Source of the DNA: an uncultured Clostridia bacterium
GTDB lineage: Bacteria > Bacillota > Clostridia > Christensenellales > UBA1242
NCBI GenBank assembly: GCA_944381185.1
Contig: CALWKE010000001.1
Coordinates: 456,939-520,938, forward strand
Length of the DNA: 64,000 nucleotides
Reading direction: 5' to 3'
The notes beneath the pieces are model-generated. The model made no database searches. It worked only from the letters and a program-made list of their open reading frames with translations, and had not been told where the DNA came from. Position 1 is the first letter of the stretch. The number at the start of each line of letters is the position of its first letter. Below, one piece after another: positions 29,063-37,982 of the stretch. The translations under genes and the position numbers were made by a program.

Positions 29063-30173
29063 CTAATGCTGAAACCCTTTGTTCAAGTGAAATATTGCTT
29101 ATTGTTTTTATTATCGCAGTTTCAAGCACAAGTCTTGGAAGAGTGCTGTAACGAAGTTCTTGCTCAACACTGCTTAAAATTTCAATGGCACTGACAAGTT
29201 CGCCATAATTTTCAGCAGTCGCTTGACCCTTCATTTTTTCATAGATATCATCTTTAACAACAACAATTTCACGAGCCTTATCGCCAAGTGAATAAATTAA
29301 AAGCAAATCCCTAAAATATGAAATCAAGTTGCTTGCAAACACAAGTGGACTTTTGCCACTTGAAAGCACTTTGTCAAGTTCAACCAAAGCACTGCCAACA
29401 TCTTTTTTCAAAATTAAATCTGAAAGGGCTATCAAAGTTTCTTTTTCTGAAATGCCTAAAACTTCAACAACTTTTTGATAGGTTAAATTGTTGCCTGAAT
29501 AAGACACACACCTGTCTGCGATTGAAAGTGTGTCACGCACACTGCCTTCGCCCGCCCTTGCAATAACGCTTATAGCCTGTTCATCAAATGTGACACCTTC
29601 TTCTTTTAAAATCTTACGAAGAATGGCCGACAAATCTTCAACTGAAACAAGCTTAAAATCAAAGCGAATACATCTTGAAAGAATTGTTGCAGGAAGTTTG
29701 TGAACTTCAGTTGTTGCCAAAATGAAAACCGTGTGTGCTGGTGGCTCTTCAAGTGTTTTAAGCAGTGCATTGAACGCACTTGTTGAAAGCATATGAACTT
29801 CATCAATAATGTAAACTTTATATTTGCCGACCACGGGTGGATACTTAACCTTTTCTCTTAAATCACGAATTTCGTCAACACCATTATTTGAAGCAGCATC
29901 AATTTCAAGCACATCAATGTTGGTTTTGTCAAGGGCTTTGCAAGTTTCACATTCAAGGCAAGGCGAACCATCACTACTGTTTGTGCAGTTGATTGCCTTT
30001 GCAAAAATTTTTGCTGTTGTGGTTTTGCCCGTTCCCCGACTTCCCGTAAAAAGATATGCGTGTGAAATTTTGTCTAACTTAATTTGGTTTTTTAGTGTGG
30101 TGATAATGTGGTCTTGACCAATAACTTCATCAAAAGTTCTTGGCCTATACTTTCTGTAAAGTGCTAAATACAT
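29034..30173 (-). CDS. dnaX: DNA polymerase III clamp-loader subunit DnaX, domains I-III (gamma-length product in the 0 frame)
   Basis: YRPRTFDEVIGQ, GSRGTGKTT, zinc module CxxCxxC, DEVHML, SRC. SD AAGGGGA. The 0 frame ends with TAA TGA. Confidence 0.95.
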   Translation of the reverse strand: MYLALYRKYRPRTFDEVIGQDHIITTLKNQIKLDKISHAYLFTGSRGTGKTTTAKIFAKAINCTNSSDGSPCLECETCKALDKTNIDVLEIDAASNNGVDEIRDLREKVKYPPVVGKYKVYIIDEVHMLSTSAFNALLKTLEEPPAHTVFILATTEVHKLPATILSRCIRFDFKLVSVEDLSAILRKILKEEGVTFDEQAISVIARAGEGSVRDTLSIADRCVSYSGNNLTYQKVVEVLGISEKETLIALSDLILKKDVGSALVELDKVLSSGKSPLVFASNLISYFRDLLLIYSLGDKAREIVVVKDDIYEKMKGQATAENYGELVSAIEILSSVEQELRYSTLPRLVLETAIIKTISNISLEQRVSALEEKLKNFPS

Positions 30174-30263
30174 ACGGCTTTCCCCTTTATTTTTTAATAT
30201 TTTTATTGTTTTTGCTTATTTTATATATATTTTTCTACTATTTTTCAGTGTTTTTGCGAAAAA

Positions 30264-30818
30264 TTATTTCATCTTTGCCTTTATTCTTTGAATGGTGTTA
30301 TCAATAGACTTTGCATCACGATTTAAGTTTTTTGCAATTTCTGCCTGTTTTTCACCCGCAAGATAATGCCTTAAAACCTCTAACTCAAACTTTGATAATT
30401 CTCTTTCACACTTCTTTAAATTTTCATTGAATTTTTCTTTATCAATAAAAATATCAAGTGGGTCATTTGAAGTGTTTCGGTCAAGCACCTTATCTAAAAT
30501 AGATTTTTCTTTGCCATCAGCGTCTGTGCTGGTTAAACTCAACGACTCGTTCAATGCCTTATTTTTTTGTGTGTTAGATTTTTTTATTGCATCAAAAATT
30601 TGACGACGAATACAAAGTTTGACAAATGGCTCAAACCTTGGCTCATTAATACTTTCACCATTATAATTTTTGCAGGCTTCAAGAATTCCAATAACCCCCT
30701 CTTCAAAAAGGTCTTCATCAGTGCCACCGGCAATATAATATCTTCGGCAAAAACTTGAAACATAACTTGAATATCTTTGCACAACTTCAACAACTTCACT
30801 TGGACTTATATTTTTCAA
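30264..30818 (-). CDS. sigH: RNA polymerase sigma factor, SigH-like
   Basis: DLFEEGVIGILEA, FVKLCIRRQIFDAIKKSNTQKNKALN as in Bacillus SigH. Position after rlmB matches Firmicute synteny. TTG start. Confidence 0.7.
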   Translation of the reverse strand: MKNISPSEVVEVVQRYSSYVSSFCRRYYIAGGTDEDLFEEGVIGILEACKNYNGESINEPRFEPFVKLCIRRQIFDAIKKSNTQKNKALNESLSLTSTDADGKEKSILDKVLDRNTSNDPLDIFIDKEKFNENLKKCERELSKFELEVLRHYLAGEKQAEIAKNLNRDAKSIDNTIQRIKAKMK

Positions 30819-30820
30819 AA

Positions 30821-31546
30821 CTACTTACTCCTTTGTTTTACTGCTTCATAAATTGCAATGCCTGCACTAACACTCGCATTTAGCGAATTAACCTTTCCAA
30901 ACATAGGGATTGACAATATTCCGTCACAGACCTTTCTTGTTAGTTCATGCACGCCATCGCCTTCGCCCCCAACAACAAGAGCAAGGTTTCCTGTTAAATT
31001 GCACTTTGTTATATTTTCGCCGTCCATGTCAAGAGCATACACCCAAACACCTAAACTTTTAAGTTTTTCAATAGTTTGGCTTAAATTTTGAACTTTGATA
31101 ACCGGCATGTATGCCGTTGCTCCCGCTGAAGTTCTGACCACCGTTTCGTTAACAGATGCACTTCGCCTTGCTGGAATGATAACACCCGTAAGCCCTGCAC
31201 ACTCTGCCACACGAATAATTGAGCCCAAGTTATGAGGGTCAAGCACACCATCTAAAATAACAAAAAACAATTCTTTGCCTTCACTTTGAGTTTTTGCAAT
31301 AACATCGTCAAGATCGGCATATTCATAATCGCTTTGCTCGGCAATAACACCTTGATGATGCTTTGTTTCACTCAACTTATCCATGGCTTGTTTTGGAAGC
31401 CACTCAACCCTTATTCCCTTGCTTCTAGCAATATTGAAAAGTTCTCTTATATCGCTGTCACTTGCACCATTTAAAAAACTAATCTTTTCAATCTTTGCAC
31501 CTGATGCAAGCAGTTCTTTAACAGGATTTTTGCCTTCTATTTTCAT
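30821..31546 (-). CDS. rlmB: 23S rRNA 2'-O-methyltransferase, SpoU/TrmH family (RlmB)
   Basis: LDGVLDPHNLGSIIR, LVVGGEGDG, IPMFGKVNSLNASV. Confidence 0.85.
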   Translation of the reverse strand: MKIEGKNPVKELLASGAKIEKISFLNGASDSDIRELFNIARSKGIRVEWLPKQAMDKLSETKHHQGVIAEQSDYEYADLDDVIAKTQSEGKELFFVILDGVLDPHNLGSIIRVAECAGLTGVIIPARRSASVNETVVRTSAGATAYMPVIKVQNLSQTIEKLKSLGVWVYALDMDGENITKCNLTGNLALVVGGEGDGVHELTRKVCDGILSIPMFGKVNSLNASVSAGIAIYEAVKQRSK

Positions 31547-31593
31547 AATTTCTCCAATTTTTTGTTAATTTTAATATATTTTTAAACTATTTT

Positions 31594-32013
31594 TTAAACT
31601 TTTTGCGAATTTTCTTGAATTGCATCAAGTGAATAATTCAAAAGTTCATTAAGTCTTTTTGTGTTACCAATAACATAGTGATAGCCAAGCAGTGCTTCAA
31701 ATGCCGTTGCATAGATATATTCGGTGTATGAAAAATTTTTTGCCTTTGTGTGAACGTGTGAATTCCTTGCCCGCCTTGCAATATCTTGCTCTTCTTCCGT
31801 TAAAAAAGGTTCAATTTTTTTGAAGGTTTTAAACTGTTCACCCGCACAAACCACACTTGAAACAAGTTTGTTCATTTTGTTGACTTTAACAGGATTTGTT
31901 TTTGCAATAAATGTTCTGACAAAAAGTGAATGCACACTATCGCCAATCATGGCAAGAACCAGCGGTTGCATAACTTTTGCCTGCTCTTTATCAAGACTTT
32001 CAAAAATTTCCAT
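31594..32013 (-). CDS. mrnC: mini-ribonuclease 3
   Basis: LAMIGDSVHSLFVR, ARN(S)H..AK, EALLGY. Confidence 0.85.
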   Translation of the reverse strand: MEIFESLDKEQAKVMQPLVLAMIGDSVHSLFVRTFIAKTNPVKVNKMNKLVSSVVCAGEQFKTFKKIEPFLTEEEQDIARRARNSHVHTKAKNFSYTEYIYATAFEALLGYHYVIGNTKRLNELLNYSLDAIQENSQKV

Positions 32014-32121
32014 AAAACCTTCCTATTCCACTTGATTATATCACAAAAGCCTTGATTTTAGCAAGAGTTATAACAGTATCAAGTTTTAAGTAAATAAAAA
32101 AAGAGGCTAAAATAGCCACCT

Positions 32122-32934
32122 TTATTTTATTTGTAAAAACTTTATTATTCCCATATAGATTGAATTAATAATTTTTTCTTGATATTCTTCGCTTAAAAGC
32201 AATTTTTCTTCCTCTTCATTTGAAAGAAACCCACATTCAACAATGACTGACGGTGCATAGGTGCACTTGAGCATAAAATAATCACCTGGGCTGATTGACT
32301 TGTTGCTATGGTCAAGATTTTTTAAAAACTCTTCTTGAATTGACTGTGCAATCTGTTTGCTGATTTCACTTGTTTTATCATAAAACACTTGAGCACCACG
32401 GAACTTGTGGTTTGTGTAACTATTTTGATGAAGTGAAATAACCATGTTTGGTCGAACTTTTTTTATGATTTCTTTTCGAAGTTCCATATCTTCTTTTTTA
32501 AACGCCTTGCCACCCGAACCCTTTGCCAAACTGTCTTCTGTTGTTCTTGTCATAACAACATTTATGCCTGAACCTTCTAATTTTGTTTGAAGCATTTTAG
32601 ATAATTTTAAATTTAATTCAGACTCTTTTATTTTTGACTTATAGCCAATTGAACCGGGGTCTGCACCGCCATGCCCCGCATCAATAACAATTGTGTAGTT
32701 TCGGCTTGGCACGGTGTCGGTTTCTTTTTGCGGACTAACAGTTTCAACTTCATCACCTTTAATTTCTTCAAACTCTTGAACATCTTTAGCCGAATTATCA
32801 AACTCAATATCTTCTGGGGTTTTTGCAAAACCAAATTGAATAGTGCATGCATTTGAAAAACAAAAAATTTGCAAAGTTAAAACAAAAATAAAAGATAAAC
32901 TTATAAGCATTAACAGTTTTTGATAAATTTTCAC
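32122..32934 (-). CDS. N-acetylmuramoyl-L-alanine amidase (Amidase_3)
   Basis: IVIDAGHGGADPG, ESELNL, ISLHQNS, ECGFLSNEEE. N-terminal TM/signal segment. GTG start. Confidence 0.85.
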   Translation of the reverse strand: MKIYQKLLMLISLSFIFVLTLQIFCFSNACTIQFGFAKTPEDIEFDNSAKDVQEFEEIKGDEVETVSPQKETDTVPSRNYTIVIDAGHGGADPGSIGYKSKIKESELNLKLSKMLQTKLEGSGINVVMTRTTEDSLAKGSGGKAFKKEDMELRKEIIKKVRPNMVISLHQNSYTNHKFRGAQVFYDKTSEISKQIAQSIQEEFLKNLDHSNKSISPGDYFMLKCTYAPSVIVECGFLSNEEEEKLLLSEEYQEKIINSIYMGIIKFLQIK

Positions 32935-33068
32935 CTTAACTATACCTCTAATATTAGTTGTGTTTATCTTTTTATTTTTTATACAGATAAAAAGAAAAAC
33001 TGCAAAATATGCAGTTTTTAATATAAAAATTTGTATTTTTTATTATTTTTATTGAATTTATTTTAATT

Positions 33069-34391
33069 TTAATCTATTTGAACAAAATTCATACTTGACG
33101 CTTCAAAAGTAACTGAAATTTGATTTTCTTCACCGTCACGCGAAACCGTGATTTTAACACTGTCACCCACACGAACATCGAGCATCAATTCACGGAATGT
33201 GAACTCACGAGTTATCATTGTTTTTTCGCCATTGATTTCAACGCTGACAAGTGTGTCATGAACTTGAAGAGTGCCCTCTTCAACAGCCTTGCCACCTGAA
33301 ACCAAACCACTAATCATAACTGTTTCAATAATCTCAATTTCACCTGTTGTCTCATCAAATTCTCTATAACTATCAACCCAAGATGTGTTTATGCCCAGTT
33401 CAAACTTTTGAATTTTTGTGCAATCACTTCCGTCACAATTATAAATTATGTTTTTTACAACTTTTTTAACAAGCGAACTTGGAATTGCACAATTGTGGCT
33501 GGTGTTTTCAATTCCACCATTGGTTATTCCTATCAATCTGCCGTTCATATCAAAAAGTCCGCCCCCACTGCTTCCACCTGCAATGTAGGCATCATGTCTT
33601 AAAACTCTGTAAGTTCCGCTTACACCCGCAATGGTCATGTTTGCATATTCACTGTCAACACTAACCACTCCCTTTGACACTGCAATTCCGTTATCAGAGG
33701 TGTTGCCAACCGCAAGACAACTTATGCCAGAAGCAACATTTTCATCATACATTTGAACAGCCCTTGCATCATTTTTTAACAAAACTTCACTTTCTTCAAC
33801 AAAGATGACTGCAAGGTCGTAAGTTCTTGACCCACCAAGATATGTTCCACGAACAATTTCATTTGAACCATAAAGTTCAATTTTATAATATTTTAAAATT
33901 TGTGACCTATTTGGTGCACAAACATGATAGTTTGTGATTATGTAAGCATTGCCACTATTATCAAGAGAATATATCACACCCGAACCATCTGTTGTTGAAT
34001 TGCCCATTAGCGATTGCGAACTATAGCCATGAACTTCAACCACTGAAAGCAGTGCTTTGCCCGAAGCAAGTGCAGTTGTGTCTGCAACAATATTAAAGTT
34101 TTGCAAAAATTCAATATATGTTCCTGAAAACTCTCCATTTTGAACCGCCTGCGTGTATGCTTCGTAACTATCAATAAAGTCTTTGCCGTCTTCACCATTT
34201 AAGCCATCTTCGCCATTTGAACCTTTCAAACTTTCAAGCCACTCTTCTTCACTGCCAACAAAGCCATGTTCAACTGCAATTTCATAGGCAGATTTTCCAC
34301 CACAGGCAGAAAACAAAAACAAACAAGGCACAAAAACCAAAACTATAACAAATATCTTTAAAAATTTAAAAATATTTTTTGACTTTTTCAT
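33069..34391 (-). CDS. trypsin-like serine protease lipoprotein with short collagen-like N-terminal segment
   Basis: Lipobox LFSAC, SAYEIAVEHGFVGSEEEWLESLKG followed by 5 GXY triplets, catalytic NYHV / DLAV / GSSGGGLF, PDZ-like C-terminus. Confidence 0.75.
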   Translation of the reverse strand: MKKSKNIFKFLKIFVIVLVFVPCLFLFSACGGKSAYEIAVEHGFVGSEEEWLESLKGSNGEDGLNGEDGKDFIDSYEAYTQAVQNGEFSGTYIEFLQNFNIVADTTALASGKALLSVVEVHGYSSQSLMGNSTTDGSGVIYSLDNSGNAYIITNYHVCAPNRSQILKYYKIELYGSNEIVRGTYLGGSRTYDLAVIFVEESEVLLKNDARAVQMYDENVASGISCLAVGNTSDNGIAVSKGVVSVDSEYANMTIAGVSGTYRVLRHDAYIAGGSSGGGLFDMNGRLIGITNGGIENTSHNCAIPSSLVKKVVKNIIYNCDGSDCTKIQKFELGINTSWVDSYREFDETTGEIEIIETVMISGLVSGGKAVEEGTLQVHDTLVSVEINGEKTMITREFTFRELMLDVRVGDSVKITVSRDGEENQISVTFEASSMNFVQID

Positions 34392-34462
34392 ATAATTTTC
34401 CTTTAAAATAAGATACTTTTATTATATCATTTTAAACATATTTGTAAACAAAAAACAAGCAA

Positions 34463-34487
34463 TAAAAAGGGGCGAACCTTTCGCCCA
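34463..34487 (-). terminator. intrinsic terminator after gltX
   Basis: Minus strand reads GGGCGAAAGGTTCGCCCCTTTTT. Confidence 0.6.
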
Positions 34488-34493
34488 CAAATT

Positions 34494-36176
34494 TTAATTT
34501 AATTCTTTTTCAAGGGTTGCAAGTGCATAGGCAATTCTTTGCTTAACTTCATAAACTCCCAAAAGTTTCATTATTGAATGAAGGTCAGGGGTGTTTGCTC
34601 TGCCTGTTATTGCAACGCGAATAATGTTGCTTGCATCTGCAATATTGCCTGCATAGGCTGTTGGGTTTGCCTTATAAGTTTTCATGTCAGCAAAGCCACA
34701 ATAAGCCGCACAAGTTTTAAGCCTGTTGAACCAATCTTCTTTGTTGTCTTCTGAAGAATAGGTTAAATAATATTCCGATAAAAGTTTATAAACCGCATGT
34801 TTGTTAAGTTTTGGGTCAAAGTTTGTGATTGTCTTTGGGTCAAAATATTCATCAAACATATAAGAGTAAAGTTCTTTTACTTCACTATAGCAGCCGATGT
34901 CCTTTCTTGGTCTTGGGCTGTTTTCACGGTCAATTGCAAGAAGCCTTTCTGCAAAGCCTTGGTGGAATAATAGAACTTTTGCAAATTCTTCATCATACTC
35001 ATTTGCCCAGTCAACAATATTTCGAAGAAGTTGTTTTGCAGGAATTGTTGAAATTATATTTTTTGAAATGTCATGAATTTTAACAATATCAAACATTGGG
35101 TTGCTTGAATTCATCTTTCTTATTGAAAATGGATACTCGGTGTAAGGAAGGGTTGGGTTTGCCTTTCGCCAGTTTTCGAACTCACTGTTTAGAAGATTTA
35201 AAAGATATTCATTTAGGGCAATGGTTGGATAACCCTTTTCCAAAAAGTATCTTGTGTCGGCTTCTGGGTCATAACGCTTGCTTAACTTTCTCTTATTGCC
35301 AGTTTTTTCATCAATCTTGCTGATAACTGGTGTGTGTGCATACTTTGGTGGTTTGATACCAAGCGCATCAAACACTTCAAGATGTGCTGAAAGTGATGGC
35401 CACCACTCTTCTCCACGAACAACGGTGGTTGTGTGCATAAGTGTGTCGTCAACCACATGTGCAAAAGCATAAGGTGGAATGCCGTTGCTCTTCATAAGCA
35501 CAATATCTTTTGCATTTTCATGAAGTTCTCTTTTGCCTTTAATTAGGTCAGTGAACTCAAATGTTTTATCTGGGTCGCCATTAGACAAAAGTTTAAGTGC
35601 CCAAGGCTTGCCCATTTTTAAATTGAGTTCAATATCTGCAATGTCAAGATTTCGGCAAGGGTCATGACTTAAAATGTCACCCATTTCTTCAATCTGTTTT
35701 TCACGGCGTTCTTCAACATCTTCCTTGCCCTCTGTTTGTTTGCAAAAACATGGAAACGCTCTGCCGAGTTCAACCATTCTTTTTGCAAAAGCCTGATAGA
35801 TTTCAAGACGCTCTGACTGCACATAACTGCCATAGTCACCAAGTTGTGGTTTGCCTTCGCCCATAAAGCCTTCATTTGGCTTTGTGTTAAATTTTGTGAG
35901 CATGTTAAAGGCAACATCTGCAGCATTTGCAACCTTACGCTTTTGGTCGGTATCTTCAACTCTCATATAAAAAATGCCGTTTGTTTTGTCTGCCAAAAGT
36001 TTGTCAATCATCGCGCCATAAAGTGTGCCCGTGTGAAAAAAGCCTGTTGGGCTTGGAGCAATTCTTGTTACTTCTGCCCCCGCAGGAAGTTTTCTTTCAG
36101 GATATTTTGCATAAAAATATTCAGGTGTGAGCGTTACATTTTTATAAAGTAAATTCGCAAGTTTTTGATAATCCAT
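34494..36176 (-). CDS. gltX: glutamate--tRNA ligase (long form)
   Basis: APSPTGFFHTG (HIGH-type) and KLSKR (KMSKS-type). 560 aa. Confidence 0.8.
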   Translation of the reverse strand: MDYQKLANLLYKNVTLTPEYFYAKYPERKLPAGAEVTRIAPSPTGFFHTGTLYGAMIDKLLADKTNGIFYMRVEDTDQKRKVANAADVAFNMLTKFNTKPNEGFMGEGKPQLGDYGSYVQSERLEIYQAFAKRMVELGRAFPCFCKQTEGKEDVEERREKQIEEMGDILSHDPCRNLDIADIELNLKMGKPWALKLLSNGDPDKTFEFTDLIKGKRELHENAKDIVLMKSNGIPPYAFAHVVDDTLMHTTTVVRGEEWWPSLSAHLEVFDALGIKPPKYAHTPVISKIDEKTGNKRKLSKRYDPEADTRYFLEKGYPTIALNEYLLNLLNSEFENWRKANPTLPYTEYPFSIRKMNSSNPMFDIVKIHDISKNIISTIPAKQLLRNIVDWANEYDEEFAKVLLFHQGFAERLLAIDRENSPRPRKDIGCYSEVKELYSYMFDEYFDPKTITNFDPKLNKHAVYKLLSEYYLTYSSEDNKEDWFNRLKTCAAYCGFADMKTYKANPTAYAGNIADASNIIRVAITGRANTPDLHSIMKLLGVYEVKQRIAYALATLEKELN

Positions 36177-36191
36177 AATCTCTCCTTAAAA

Positions 36192-36785
36192 TTAATTTGG
36201 TGCGGTTTCATCTAGATAAGTTGCCATAACATCTGCCATATGCATAAGCACGCAGATTGGATATTTGTAATATGCCTTTGAAAACTCAAAGTCGCCACCA
36301 ATAACTCTTTTATCAAACCCGCCCATATGCCAATTTATTGCAAGGGCTTCTTCACGAGTGAGCCTCATATAGCCATTTATTATATAAACTGACTTTTCGC
36401 CATGGCCATAAGGAAGCATATCATCAACTGCATAGTATGGTTTTTGCACCCACTCGCCATTTTCTTTCACATTTCTATATTCCGTTTTATAAAAACAACA
36501 TTTGCAAATGTCATGAAACAGTCCACATATTGCAATGGTTTCTCTGTTAACATTTTCTTCGCCATATTCAGCAGTTGCCAAATTCAACATTCTTTTATAA
36601 ACATTAATTGAATGCTTGCAAAGACCACCTGCTTCTGCCAAATGAAACTTTGAACTTGCAGGGGCTTCAAAAAAGTCAGTGGTAACAAGCCAGTTAATCA
36701 AATTTTCAAGCCCTTCCCGCTTAATATTTTCACGGGCAATGTTTAAAAACTCTTCTTTATTCTCATTAATCTCTTTTTGTTCCAT
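36192..36785 (-). CDS. HD-domain phosphohydrolase
   Basis: FHLAEAGGLCKHS, GLFHDICK. Confidence 0.7.
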   Translation of the reverse strand: MEQKEINENKEEFLNIARENIKREGLENLINWLVTTDFFEAPASSKFHLAEAGGLCKHSINVYKRMLNLATAEYGEENVNRETIAICGLFHDICKCCFYKTEYRNVKENGEWVQKPYYAVDDMLPYGHGEKSVYIINGYMRLTREEALAINWHMGGFDKRVIGGDFEFSKAYYKYPICVLMHMADVMATYLDETAPN

Positions 36786-36863
36786 GAACTTATTTTATCA
36801 CATTTTGCCTTTATTGTAAATTGCTAACAATGATTTTATATCTATTATTGTATTTTAACAAAT

Positions 36864-36897
36864 AAAAAAAGCAGAAATAAATCTGCTTTATTTTTTT
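36864..36897. terminator. intrinsic terminator
   Basis: AAAAAAAGCAGAAATAAATCTGCTTTATTTTTTT. It overlaps the stop at 36888. Confidence 0.7.
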
Positions 36898-37904
36898 GTG
36901 AATTCTGTTGAACCACAACTTGGACACCTTATGTCACCATCTGGCACAGGAGCACCACAGTATGCACAAACTCTGTTTGTGTTTTCAGCGGTTTCAAGAG
37001 CAACTTGTGCCTTTGCTTCTGCTTCAGCAACTTCGGCAGCATTCTTTGCATCTTGTGCAGCCTGTTCCTTTTTAGATTTCTTTAAAGCCCTAACAATCAA
37101 GATGATTAAAACCAGCACAAGCACACCAGCAATAACCCCAAACACTGTTGTCATTGTTTTTAAATTGTCTTTAGATGCAAGTTGAACTTTATAATCTTGA
37201 TTGTTTTCAAGTTCATAACCTGTGTTCATAACAACCCAAGAGCCGTCATCATAAGTGTAAGCAACATCAATTGTGCCATTTAAACCATTAAACTGTGAAG
37301 ATGAAAACTGTGTGTAAGTTTCACCAACCATTGTTTCGCCGGTTACTTCATTTTCATATTCAAAAACAATATAGTAATATGCAAGGCCATCTACTTCAAC
37401 ATATTCATAAGCACCTGTTCGTGGGTTGTCGTCATTATAATAGGTGTTAAACCTTTCATCAAAGGTTGCAGTTGCAAGATAATAACCCTCTTCACCTGCC
37501 TGTGCCTTTGAAATCATCTGCTCGTAATATTTTGCATCGGCTTCATAAACTTGAACTATTTTTGTTTTGTTTGAAAGATTGACCCCCATGATTATTGTTG
37601 CAATGAGTGCAATAATAAACAAAACAGCAACCATTCCAAGACCGCTTCTTGTTCCACTGCTCATAACAACTGGCCTGCCAAAGAACATATATGTTCTTGG
37701 AGCCCTGTTATAAACATGCCTTCTTCCGTAAGAATTATATCTTGGTGGTGGAGGTGGTGGCATTGCTGCACCCCTGTGCATAGGACGTGATGAATAAACC
37801 GACCTTGTTGATGGGCGTGGTGCACTCACTCTTCTTGAAGAACTGCTTGCTCTTGAACTTCCCCCGCCTGACCTTGACCTGCTGTGTGATGGACCTACTG
37901 GCAT
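36888..37904 (-). CDS. two-TM membrane protein with R/S/P-rich N-terminal tail and C-terminal zinc ribbon
   Basis: GGAGGT SD 7 nt before the ATG at 37904. N-terminus MPVGPSHSRSRSGGGSSRASSSSRR...PPPPPP. C-terminus CAYCG-x10-CPSCG. Confidence 0.55.
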   Translation of the reverse strand: MPVGPSHSRSRSGGGSSRASSSSRRVSAPRPSTRSVYSSRPMHRGAAMPPPPPPRYNSYGRRHVYNRAPRTYMFFGRPVVMSSGTRSGLGMVAVLFIIALIATIIMGVNLSNKTKIVQVYEADAKYYEQMISKAQAGEEGYYLATATFDERFNTYYNDDNPRTGAYEYVEVDGLAYYYIVFEYENEVTGETMVGETYTQFSSSQFNGLNGTIDVAYTYDDGSWVVMNTGYELENNQDYKVQLASKDNLKTMTTVFGVIAGVLVLVLIILIVRALKKSKKEQAAQDAKNAAEVAEAEAKAQVALETAENTNRVCAYCGAPVPDGDIRCPSCGSTEFTKK

Positions 37905-37982
37905 AAAAACTACCTCCAAAAATTATTATATTTTTATTATATCAAAGATTTTTTCATTTTTCCACAAAAATAAGCACTTTTA

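Noticed and set aside
30174-30263. SRP (4.5S/scRNA) gene upstream of dnaX, as in Bacillus.
   Set aside because: The gap is only about 90 nt of A/T-tract sequence with no GGAA/AGCA domain-IV-like motif or stable helix.
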